Shown piece by piece: positions 9,522 to 17,800 of a DNA stretch of 64,000 nucleotides. The position numbers were made by a program, and so were the translations under genes. The notes beneath the pieces are model-generated. The model did no database searches. It was not told where the DNA came from and saw nothing but the letters and a program-made list of their open reading frames with translations. This DNA comes from a virus. Lineage: Duplodnaviria > Caudoviricetes. Each line of letters begins with the position of its first letter. The first letter of the stretch is position 1. The stretch spans positions 115-64,114 of the IMG/VR virus record IMGVR_UViG_3300050821_002847. The stretch is one strand, 5' to 3'.

Positions 9522-9752
9522 ATGGCCATGAAGCCAATGCATGGAGTAGAGAAGATAATGGGGCGAACCGTGTGTGCTATGGAATCGGGTCCGTTGGATG
9601 ATGATCTTGGCACAATTCAATTAAGGATTACCTTTGATGACGGAGCGGTGTTTTGTTATCAGGTACAGACAAAGCCGGATGCGGAGGTAGACGGTAAGAA
9701 GTTAGATTTATCGGCGCTTACGCTCTGGGGTGTAAGGGAAGCCAATGCCTGA
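9522..9752 (+). CDS. Hypothetical protein
   Basis: Fills the gap between neighbours; lower GC. Confidence 0.55.
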   Translation: MAMKPMHGVEKIMGRTVCAMESGPLDDDLGTIQLRITFDDGAVFCYQVQTKPDAEVDGKKLDLSALTLWGVREANA

Positions 9753-11817
9753 AGGCGGCGACTACCAGCCCCCAGTCTACCGTGAGTGGCAGGTGCCTCC
9801 AGCCGCCGCCGCCGAAAGCATTAAGGTAGGATGGTTGAATGAAAGTACGGGCGAGGGGATGGCATGGCTAAAATCCCAGCGCGGCTACTCCGACTTCCGC
9901 AAATCCCTCGACGTTCTCTCCGGTCGCGACGGCGGACGCCCTCCCGCCGAATATCGCAGTAAATTAAATCCCAACCCCCTGAAGCGCAACATCCGCGAGA
10001 TCGTCGGCACGCTCGCCAAGCTCCGCCCGTTCTGGGGCTACCACTCGGATAATAAGGCGTATGCCTCTTGCGCCGAGATGATGAACAAAGTCACTCGTGC
10101 GTGGTATCTCGAAGTGATGGCCGACCGCTCCATCAAAGAAGCCCTGTGCTGGGCCGCCGCCACCAACCGTGGCTGGGTCTGTCCGGTCTACACGCGCGAA
10201 CTCGTGGGCACCGGCGCGGGCAACATCATCCTCGAATCCTACGGCTCCGAATCCGTCCTGCCCGTGCAACTCCCCGCCTCCGGCAATTGGCAGAACGCCT
10301 ACGCCGTGACCATCCTCAAAGAGATGCCCGTGTTCATGGCTCACGGCATGTTCCCCGCCTTCCAGGATCGCCTGCGCCCGACGAACTCGCGCTACTGGTA
10401 TATGAACGATGGCGTGCGCCGTGCCTCGCAAGGCAACATTCTCCAGCGCATCTTCGGTCGCGGCCCGACGCGCTCGGACTCTCAACTCATGTCGGATTTG
10501 CTTATCCCGATCCGCTACACTTACGTGATCGACCTCACCATCAACAGAACAGGCCGCGAGATTCCCATGGGTGAACCCGGAGCGTCTTGGTCCTACACCG
10601 TACCCTACGTCGGCCAACTCATCCCCAAAGGTACTGATCCTACCTCCGGCCAGCCTCGCATGGAGCGCGCCAACGAAACCGATGCTCGCCTCTACCCTTA
10701 CCGCCGCCTCCTGATCTCCACCGACACTGTATGCCTGTACGACGGCCCCGGCTTCGACTGGCATGGCAAATTCCCCGGCGTCTCCTTCTGCCTCGACGAA
10801 TGGCCGTGGGAACCGCTGGGATTCTCACTAGTCCATGACGGCTACGAGATTAACGAAGCTATCAAGCAACTCTACCGAGGCAACATGGACAAAGCTGCCG
10901 CGATGCTGGATATGTCGCTCGCCTTCGACTCGAACGCCGTGTCGTCTCGCGAAGCCAAAGCCTTCGACCCCATGCAGCCCCGTGGGCGCATCGCCTACGA
11001 CGGCCAAGCCCTCGAAGGCCAGCCATTTCAGCCTGTGGTCCCGCCTGAAGTCCTTAAGATCGACCCCGGCACCGTAGAGTTCGCCGAGACTCTCGAACAG
11101 AAGCTCTCCGCGCAGCAAGCCCTGAACGAAGTCATGGCCCTCGCCAAGATGCGCGCGGTCGGCTCGATGGACGACATCGAAAAGATCGCCGAGATGATGG
11201 GACCCATCGTCGAGGACATGTCGCGCTCGATGGAGCCCCCCATGCGCGACCTTGGCGTCATGGTGAAATATAACGTCCTGCAATACTTCACCACCGCGCG
11301 GGTGATGCAGTATGTCGGTGCGGACAACGTGTCCCAGGAAATATTCGACTACAATCCGGCGTCGCTTGTCCCTTCGCATATCCCTGGCGAGAACGTGGAC
11401 CAGCCCTCGCCGACCAACGCCGCCAAGCGCGCTCGCATCTTCGCCGACAACCTGCGATTCTTTATCCTGCCGAACTCTATGCACGAAATTACGCAGATGG
11501 CCATGAAGCTCGGCCTTATCCAATTGAAGAAGTCCGGCGTGATGATCGACTCACAGACCATCGCCGAGGCGTGGTCAGTACCGAACTACGGGAGCATCGA
11601 CGGCAACACGGTGATCGAACGCTGGCAGGCCGAGCAGGAGATGCAAATCCAGTTCGCCGCGCGCATGAAACAAGAGGCCGAGGGCTTGGGTCTGACTCCT
11701 CCGGGTGGTGCGGCTCCTGGCAAGCAGCCTGAGGGACGGCCCAATGCGAACACTTCCGCGCCACAGTTGAAGTCGAAGGACAACGGTGCGCGCAGCACGA
11801 TCACAACATCTAAATGA
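9745..11817 (+). CDS. Portal protein
   Basis: 690 aa between TerL and scaffold/capsid genes; YPYRRLLI..CLYDGP segment and Q/P/G-rich tail typical of P22-like portals. Confidence 0.75.
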   Translation: MPEGGDYQPPVYREWQVPPAAAAESIKVGWLNESTGEGMAWLKSQRGYSDFRKSLDVLSGRDGGRPPAEYRSKLNPNPLKRNIREIVGTLAKLRPFWGYHSDNKAYASCAEMMNKVTRAWYLEVMADRSIKEALCWAAATNRGWVCPVYTRELVGTGAGNIILESYGSESVLPVQLPASGNWQNAYAVTILKEMPVFMAHGMFPAFQDRLRPTNSRYWYMNDGVRRASQGNILQRIFGRGPTRSDSQLMSDLLIPIRYTYVIDLTINRTGREIPMGEPGASWSYTVPYVGQLIPKGTDPTSGQPRMERANETDARLYPYRRLLISTDTVCLYDGPGFDWHGKFPGVSFCLDEWPWEPLGFSLVHDGYEINEAIKQLYRGNMDKAAAMLDMSLAFDSNAVSSREAKAFDPMQPRGRIAYDGQALEGQPFQPVVPPEVLKIDPGTVEFAETLEQKLSAQQALNEVMALAKMRAVGSMDDIEKIAEMMGPIVEDMSRSMEPPMRDLGVMVKYNVLQYFTTARVMQYVGADNVSQEIFDYNPASLVPSHIPGENVDQPSPTNAAKRARIFADNLRFFILPNSMHEITQMAMKLGLIQLKKSGVMIDSQTIAEAWSVPNYGSIDGNTVIERWQAEQEMQIQFAARMKQEAEGLGLTPPGGAAPGKQPEGRPNANTSAPQLKSKDNGARSTITTSK

Positions 11818-12008
11818 GCACTTTCGCCACCCCAGTCCAAGAAAATAACCACGCCGTCCGCGAGCGCATCTACTCGCCCGCCGAGTTCGAGCGTGTCCTC
11901 CTGATGGTCCACGAATCCCGCCTCACCGGCCAAGTGATCCTCGACTGCGCCCAGGGCGGCGTCTGTAACATCCGGGTCCGCGAAGAACAAAAGTTAACCC
12001 CTCCGTAA
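11814..12008 (+). CDS. Small hypothetical protein (helix plus beta-hairpin, DUF2292-like pattern)
   Basis: ATGA overlap with portal; TGQVILDCAQGGVCNIRV. Confidence 0.6.
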   Translation: MSTFATPVQENNHAVRERIYSPAEFERVLLMVHESRLTGQVILDCAQGGVCNIRVREEQKLTPP

Positions 12009-12017
12009 TAATTTCGC

Positions 12018-12048
12018 TTGACAGACATCCCATCCTTAAGCGTATTCT
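12018..12048 (+). promoter_or_regulatory. Candidate promoter upstream of head genes
   Basis: GCTTGACA as in the other promoters; best -10 TATTCT is at 19-nt spacing. Confidence 0.45.
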
Positions 12049-12098
12049 CGCTCTCGACGGGAATCTGGAGATTCGCGACTGTTCGTCGCAGAAGATCG

Positions 12099-12134
12099 AA
12101 AGGCCCGCTCTCTTAACCGAGGGCGGGCTTTTTT
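12099..12134 (+). terminator. Intrinsic terminator
   Basis: AAAGGCCCGCTCTC-TTAACC-GAGGGCGGGC followed by T6. Confidence 0.8.
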
Positions 12135-12179
12135 ATTTCTAAGTACGAAGTCAAATCTGAGATGGGAGGGCCAATCGAA

Positions 12180-12236
12180 ATGTTGAAGGGTGAACGGCAG
12201 GCAACTGCTGATCGGCGCAAAAAGCACAAGAAATAG
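12180..12236 (+). CDS. Putative 18-aa basic peptide MLKGERQATADRRKKHKK
   Basis: GGAGG at 12165-12169; alternative ATG at 12162; basic tail like neighbouring small genes. Confidence 0.4.
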   Translation: MLKGERQATADRRKKHKK

Positions 12237-12238
12237 TC

Positions 12239-12312
12239 CGTCCCTAAGCCGGAAACGAGCGTCTCCCGAATCGAGACGGTCCCCGACCTAGGGTCATACC
12301 GGAATAGGGACG
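12239..12312 (+). ncRNA. Candidate structured RNA (three-way junction)
   Basis: CGTCCCTA/TAGGGACG and CCGG/CCGG closing stems enclosing CGTCTC/GAGACG and GACC/GGTC hairpins. Confidence 0.4.
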
Positions 12313-12369
12313 AGGCTCACGCGGCATCGTCCCTTCCAATCTTATAGATGGACAGAAAGGATATCCCCG

Positions 12370-12543
12370 ATGGCGTACGGAATGACAGGCACCCGAGGCA
12401 AGGGCGCGGGCCGAATCCAGAACATGGCTAAGCTCGGCGGACCACGGCGTAAGCTCGCGCTCAAGACCGATGTGCGCGAAGAGAATCTGGTCCACAGCAA
12501 TTTCAAACGCGCTCATAAGTCCGGCCCGCACAAGAAAGTTTGA
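12370..12543 (+). CDS. Small basic protein (57 aa)
   Basis: GAAAGGA RBS; MAYGMTGTRGKGAG...KRAHKSGPHKKV; missing from ORF track. Confidence 0.7.
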   Translation: MAYGMTGTRGKGAGRIQNMAKLGGPRRKLALKTDVREENLVHSNFKRAHKSGPHKKV

Positions 12544-12549
12544 TGCCCG

Positions 12550-12843
12550 ATGGCGACAGCCTCAAGCGCACTGACTCCCCCGCCGGGGATGGACGACCAG
12601 TCGCAGCAGAACCCTACGTCCCCCGCTGCTGCTTCTCCGGCCCCGCCGGAACCTGCTCAGGGAATGCAGGCCGGGACGCAAATGGTCATTGGAGTCGTAT
12701 CTGGGCTGCGCGCTATCGCCAAGGCATTTCCCGCGACCGCGCCAGACATCGCTCAAATCAACGATCTGATGCGGCAAGTCATGGCCAAGATGATGAGTAG
12801 CCAGCAGACCGGCGAGCCCGCCGCGCCGCCGCAGGGAGGATGA
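12550..12843 (+). CDS. Hypothetical Pro/Gln-rich head-module protein
   Basis: 97-aa ORF coupled to the scaffold gene. Confidence 0.7.
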   Translation: MATASSALTPPPGMDDQSQQNPTSPAAASPAPPEPAQGMQAGTQMVIGVVSGLRAIAKAFPATAPDIAQINDLMRQVMAKMMSSQQTGEPAAPPQGG

Positions 12844-13718
12844 AAATGGAATTTGCAGAATATCTGAAATCGCAAGGCGCGTCGCCGGAAGACATCAAGG
12901 CACTGACCGAGGGCTCCTTCTCAGGCGTCGCTCGCAAAGCCTTCGAGAAGCTCCAGTCCGACGCCGCCGAAGCCACGCGCAAGGGCGTCGAGGCTGAAGC
13001 CAATGCCGCCAAGTACAAAGAGGACGCCGAGAAATGGTTCAACGAAAAGGCCGTCCCCGAGTACAACCGCATGGAGCGTGAATCGACTCTCGCGAAGGCC
13101 AATGAGGCTCGCATTGTCGCAGCGGTTCTTGCATCGCAGGATGAAGGACTGAAGGAGATCGCCAAACAGATGGGCTATCCCACAAACGGCAGTCCAAATC
13201 CGAACCCGAATCCCAATCCGAATCCCGCGCTGCCTGCTGGCTTTGATCCTGCCAAGTTCGTCACCATGGACACCCTGAACCCTTTGATGGATCGCGTGGG
13301 CGAAAACCTCGCGACGCTCGAAGACATGGTGTCCGAGCACGTGCAACTCTTCCCCAGCGTGCGGCTGAGCGTGCGCGAACTCCGCAAGGAAGCCCTCGCC
13401 GCGAAGAAAAACGTCTACGAATACTGGGAGCAAAAGTATAAGGTTCCCGACGCGCGCACCGCCGCTGAAGCCGCGCGACAAAAGGCTCACGACGATTTGC
13501 TCATCAAGCAAGGTGCTGACGCCGAGCGCGAGCGCATGACCTCGCTCTACGGCAACCCAGAGACTCGCCCCCTAGCGACCTCCACCTCCCCCTTCGCCAC
13601 ACGCAAAGAAACTGGGCGTGACAAGCAGCCTTGGGAGGCCGGGGAGTCGAATCTCGAACGGGATCGCGTGTCGCGGGCGACCAAGCATGTTGTGGAGATT
13701 GCCTCGAAGACGGCTTAG
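12840..13718 (+). CDS. Putative capsid scaffolding protein
   Basis: Helical, charged, immediately upstream of capsid gene; internal NP repeat. Confidence 0.65.
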   Translation: MKMEFAEYLKSQGASPEDIKALTEGSFSGVARKAFEKLQSDAAEATRKGVEAEANAAKYKEDAEKWFNEKAVPEYNRMERESTLAKANEARIVAAVLASQDEGLKEIAKQMGYPTNGSPNPNPNPNPNPALPAGFDPAKFVTMDTLNPLMDRVGENLATLEDMVSEHVQLFPSVRLSVRELRKEALAAKKNVYEYWEQKYKVPDARTAAEAARQKAHDDLLIKQGADAERERMTSLYGNPETRPLATSTSPFATRKETGRDKQPWEAGESNLERDRVSRATKHVVEIASKTA

Positions 13719-13747
13719 CAACGTACGACTCAAACTGGAGGACGGCA

Positions 13748-15007
13748 ATGTCTGACAAATTCGGATACATGGTGCGAAGGATCAGCACTCGCGTCGTTAT
13801 CGACATGGAGTCGATGGAAGTCATTGAGCGCGAGTCGTACCTGTATCAAGGTCCGATGGAGTTGTGCCTCGATCCAACGTTCGACCAGATCAGTGCGACA
13901 ACTCTTGCCGACCTTAGAGAAGATATACTTTATGATAATTTTTTTGTGGACACCGCATGGCAGCGCAAGATGCGCGTCTCCGGTGCTCTCGACGAGTTCC
14001 TCGGCGGCACCATCATGCAGACCCCGTTCATGTATGACCGTGTGAACGGCGGAGCCATCGCCCCTGGCTCGGACATCACCGTCCTGCAAAAACAAATCAT
14101 CGCTGCGACCGCCTTCGTGCCCAAGGAGTACATCGAGCAGGTCCCCTTGAACCTGTTCCAGACCAACGTGATTCAAGGCTCCGGCCCCGCCGTGAAGGTC
14201 AAGCTCGTCGATACCTACATGGCCAACGCGGTCCAAGCCTTGAATACGGACATCGCCATCGACTTCTACCGCCACGGGCAAAATATCTCCGGCTCCAACC
14301 GGACCATCTTCCTCAACGGCCTCACCGAAGCCCTAAACGACGGCATCAACCCGTCGTGGGATGGCAACGTCTTCCCGACCTACGGCGGACAGAATCGCAA
14401 CGGTGCCGTGACTGTGACCCTGAACTCCGTGCCTGTGTGGTGCGGAGACCAAGCCGGTAACACTGGCCAAGTGACTTACAAAGTTCTCGTCGAACTCTAT
14501 CTGAACTGCGTGCAGCGCCCGGACATTGGCCTGTGCAACAAGGCCCTCTACGCCTACCTGCTCGAACGCCAAGAGCCCAAGCAGCGGTTCGAGACGCAGC
14601 AGGACGTGTCCATCGGCATGTCGGGCCTGAAGCTCCTCGACGCGATGATCTTCGAGGACAAGCTCGCACCCTCGACTAAGTATGGCGCGCTGCTGCCTGC
14701 TGGCCTGTCGCAGACGACCTCCATCGCGCCCGCCGCGTTCACCACGCCGACCCTCACGACCGCGCAGCGCAAGATCAGCAATTTCCCGTCGGCGACTTCC
14801 GTGAACCCCGGCGAGCCGTTCTTCTGGCTGCGCGTCAAGGGCTGGAAGATTCGCCCCTCGGCGGACCCGGAGTATAATTTCAATTTCACTCCGCCGATTC
14901 GCTCGCAGACGAACGCGGACCTCATTGTTATGTTCCTAAAAGCAGCGCTGAATATTTACTGTACGTCGCCTCGGGACAACGGCCAGCTAATCGGCGCAGG
15001 ATTCTAA
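13748..15007 (+). CDS. Major capsid protein with N-terminal leader
   Basis: ATG 13748 after GGAGG; size and position; DQISATTL..LYDNFF, VKLVDTYM, TYGGQNR, SPRDNGQL patterns of HK97-fold capsids. Confidence 0.8.
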   Translation: MSDKFGYMVRRISTRVVIDMESMEVIERESYLYQGPMELCLDPTFDQISATTLADLREDILYDNFFVDTAWQRKMRVSGALDEFLGGTIMQTPFMYDRVNGGAIAPGSDITVLQKQIIAATAFVPKEYIEQVPLNLFQTNVIQGSGPAVKVKLVDTYMANAVQALNTDIAIDFYRHGQNISGSNRTIFLNGLTEALNDGINPSWDGNVFPTYGGQNRNGAVTVTLNSVPVWCGDQAGNTGQVTYKVLVELYLNCVQRPDIGLCNKALYAYLLERQEPKQRFETQQDVSIGMSGLKLLDAMIFEDKLAPSTKYGALLPAGLSQTTSIAPAAFTTPTLTTAQRKISNFPSATSVNPGEPFFWLRVKGWKIRPSADPEYNFNFTPPIRSQTNADLIVMFLKAALNIYCTSPRDNGQLIGAGF

Positions 15008-15020
15008 AAGGAGAACTCGG

Positions 15021-15770
15021 ATGAAGATTTACAAAAAGCTAATAATTGACATCGAGTCTTCCGAGATTCTATTCGAGGACTCCTTCCAGTACGACGGTCC
15101 GGTCGAGTTGGCCGCTGGCGGAATGCTGACGAAGCAGGCGGACCAGTTGACCGCGCGATTCCTGAACGACGTGAACGACACCGTAGCGGGCGGCGCAATC
15201 GTCTCCCTCCCCGCCGGAGTCACCGGCCCACAGGTCTCCGCGACCCGTCCGGGTGACCGCATCGTGCTCGACGACGCCTCGGCGCTCGCGGTCTCTGACA
15301 CTGCCGTCGGCACCCTGAACGGCGGCGTCTACGCCTACACGGGTACGCTCGCGAGTTCCACCGCCAACCCGCAGATCGGCTGCGTGGCCTTTTTCCGCTC
15401 GGTGGACGTGGGCAACCAAACCGGCGTGACCTCGAACTATCAAGTCACCGCCGACGTTCAGCCGATCTCCTCGGTGCCGACCTACATCGCGGGCGTGTTC
15501 ATCAATAACATCACCAAAGGCAACTGGGGCTGGATTCAGGTCGCTGGTCTTGCGCAAGTCCTGTTCGAGTCCTCGCTGACCGCCGCCGCCGCTGGCAACG
15601 TCGTTACCGCCAAGGTCGGCCCTACGACCTCCGGGTCCGCCGATGTGGGCGTCTCTGTCGCGTCGCCTGTAACCCTCGCGGCCCTGCTCGGCGTGGCAGT
15701 CGGCTTGCCTGTGACTAGCACCATGTCGTCGGTGATGCTGACTCGCGGCAACTTCTGCGGGCGCATCTGA
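15021..15770 (+). CDS. Putative capsid decoration/cement protein with the same N-terminal leader
   Basis: Follows capsid gene; A/G/T/V-rich; GNWGWIQVAG motif. Confidence 0.6.
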   Translation: MKIYKKLIIDIESSEILFEDSFQYDGPVELAAGGMLTKQADQLTARFLNDVNDTVAGGAIVSLPAGVTGPQVSATRPGDRIVLDDASALAVSDTAVGTLNGGVYAYTGTLASSTANPQIGCVAFFRSVDVGNQTGVTSNYQVTADVQPISSVPTYIAGVFINNITKGNWGWIQVAGLAQVLFESSLTAAAAGNVVTAKVGPTTSGSADVGVSVASPVTLAALLGVAVGLPVTSTMSSVMLTRGNFCGRI

Positions 15771-15785
15771 TCTAAGGGAGCCTTG

Positions 15786-16151
15786 ATGGCATTCGCGGCA
15801 GGCAACACAATCGTCTCGACCATTCCGGTCGGCCCGCGCACCGTGGTGACGTTCGATCACATTGGCCCCGCGAACTACTCACAAGCCGTTGGAGATGTCA
15901 TCAATGCTGCCGACTTGGGCTTCGGAGGATTCGAGTTCGTGGACATCACGGCGGACACGACCACACAGTTCGAGGCGTTCCCGGAGTTCAGCACAGGAGG
16001 CAATGGTAATGCTGTGCCATCCATCGAGATTTCGTGGTTCTCGCTTCTGACGGCTAGTATCGGCGGACAGTCTCAGGTTCTAGGAACCGAAGCAGCGAAT
16101 GGCACTAACCTATCCACCTTCAGCATCCGCCTGCAAGCGTGGATGGTCTAG
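15786..16151 (+). CDS. Putative virion protein (paralog 1)
   Basis: GGGAG RBS; similar to next gene. Confidence 0.65.
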   Translation: MAFAAGNTIVSTIPVGPRTVVTFDHIGPANYSQAVGDVINAADLGFGGFEFVDITADTTTQFEAFPEFSTGGNGNAVPSIEISWFSLLTASIGGQSQVLGTEAANGTNLSTFSIRLQAWMV

Positions 16152-16160
16152 GAGACTCCG

Positions 16161-16568
16161 ATGGCGACACGACCACTACCCGGCTATCCGTGCCCGAACG
16201 AAAAGGGCGGCTACGACTGGATTGGCGACGTTGACGGGCCGTCTAGCTATAACAACACGGGTACCTTCAACACCTCTGGCCAGCAGATCAACGCTGGAGA
16301 CTTCGGCATGGGCGGATTCGAGATCGTGGATATCCCCGCGCTCAGCAGCGATGGCATCAACGAAGTCCTCGTGGTGCTCGGCGCGACCACCGCAGGCGCA
16401 ACCGGCCTGTCGCCCTCTCCGCCAGCAGGCAACAGCGCGCCAGCCGAAACCACTGCAGTCCTGCACTGGTACACGGCCATCCGAGGCGTGGGCTCGAACC
16501 CTAGCGAAGTCGCTAACGGCACCAACCTGAGCGCGAAGTCAGTCCGGCTGCGTATCACCTTCACCTAG
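16161..16568 (+). CDS. Putative virion protein (paralog 2)
   Basis: GGAG RBS; shares INAxDxGxGGFExVDI and ExANGTNLS...RL with previous gene. Confidence 0.65.
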   Translation: MATRPLPGYPCPNEKGGYDWIGDVDGPSSYNNTGTFNTSGQQINAGDFGMGGFEIVDIPALSSDGINEVLVVLGATTAGATGLSPSPPAGNSAPAETTAVLHWYTAIRGVGSNPSEVANGTNLSAKSVRLRITFT

Positions 16569-16589
16569 AAATTAAAGGAGAATAGTTCC

Positions 16590-16772
16590 ATGCCTATTCA
16601 GGGTCTAAAGCACAGCAAGTCCGCCGGTCACTACGCCGGACACGAAGTCGAGCCTGCGCAGCCGCATGGCCCGAAGCAGGGCGGCAGGCACCCCATCTCG
16701 CACAGCCACTCCGCGCACCCCAAGCACGCCCGCAAGCTGACCGGACGCAAGGTCTTCGGCGGCAGGAAGTAG
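16590..16772 (+). CDS. Small His/Lys-rich basic protein
   Basis: AAGGAG RBS; 60 aa. Confidence 0.7.
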   Translation: MPIQGLKHSKSAGHYAGHEVEPAQPHGPKQGGRHPISHSHSAHPKHARKLTGRKVFGGRK

Positions 16773-16796
16773 CGGCAGCGGGGCTGGAGGTGCGTC

Positions 16797-17798
16797 ATCG
16801 GGCTGGCAGATTTACAAGCAGAGCTACGGGGCTCCGTCCCTAAGATTCCCTTCAGTTACACAAAAACCCTTATAAACAGGGCCTATCGTGAGATTCGTGA
16901 GGCCCACCTGTGGTCGTTCAACCTCTTTGAATCCGCTTGGATAACTCCGCCTCTAGTGAACGCTGGCACCGTTGCCTTCACGCAGGGCCTAAACACAGCG
17001 ACCTTCGATGCCACGGCCATCGCTGCTATCAACACCGCATCTACTCCCTATTCGCTCGTGACCCAGCGCCAGTTCCGGCCTAACACTCCCGGCGGCGTCG
17101 CGGCGATCTACAACATTATCGCCTACGATCAGGTCGCTGGCATCGCCACGATGGACCGCCCCATCGCCGACCCCGGCGGCACTGGGCTCTCCTATCAAAT
17201 CTACCAACTCTATTACACGCCGCCAATGCTCGACTTTCTGACATGGCTAGACATCCGCAATATGCAAATGTTCCTCTCGCTGAACCTGCTCCGCAACCGC
17301 GCTTGGATTGACGAGCACGACCCGCAGCGATCCTTCTACCTGTTCCCTACGCACGCGGTCCCCTATGGCATCGACCTGCGCGGCGCTGGCACCGTGAATG
17401 CCTCCGCTACTCTTGGCTTCCCGATGTTTGAACTCTGGGGCCAACCCACCAATAATTTCGTCTACACTTGCTATGGCATCCGCCGGGGCGTGGACCTCGT
17501 GAATCCCACCGACACCTTGCCAATCCAACTCGCCGACGATCTCGTGCTTACAAAAGCCCGCGAATACGCCTACGAATGGGCCGAGTCCAACAAGGACATG
17601 TCTCCGCGCTCTAGTGGCCCTGATTTCCGCTTCCTGATGGGGAAGGCCCACGACGATTATAATAAACTCTTGACGAAGTACCGTAAGCAGGATAAAGAAC
17701 TCGTAGATAATTACTGTCATATTCACCGGCTGGACATCGGCGCAATTGGCCACTGGTATTATTCGACGATCAGTTCAACAGCAGGGACAGGCGGTTAG
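16797..17798 (+). CDS. Putative head-tail adaptor protein (probable ATC start)
   Basis: Frame open 53 codons upstream of the ORF-track start; LINRAYREIREAHLWSF typical of adaptor N-termini; GGAGG 6 nt before ATC. Confidence 0.6.
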   Translation: MGLADLQAELRGSVPKIPFSYTKTLINRAYREIREAHLWSFNLFESAWITPPLVNAGTVAFTQGLNTATFDATAIAAINTASTPYSLVTQRQFRPNTPGGVAAIYNIIAYDQVAGIATMDRPIADPGGTGLSYQIYQLYYTPPMLDFLTWLDIRNMQMFLSLNLLRNRAWIDEHDPQRSFYLFPTHAVPYGIDLRGAGTVNASATLGFPMFELWGQPTNNFVYTCYGIRRGVDLVNPTDTLPIQLADDLVLTKAREYAYEWAESNKDMSPRSSGPDFRFLMGKAHDDYNKLLTKYRKQDKELVDNYCHIHRLDIGAIGHWYYSTISSTAGTGG

Positions 17799-17800
17799 CG

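Noticed and set aside
13187-13225. Asn-Pro hexamer repeat in the scaffold gene
   Set aside because: Ordinary low-complexity linker with synonymous variation
13631-13747. N-terminal extension of the capsid ORF in the ORF track
   Set aside because: Overlaps the scaffold gene; a good RBS precedes ATG 13748
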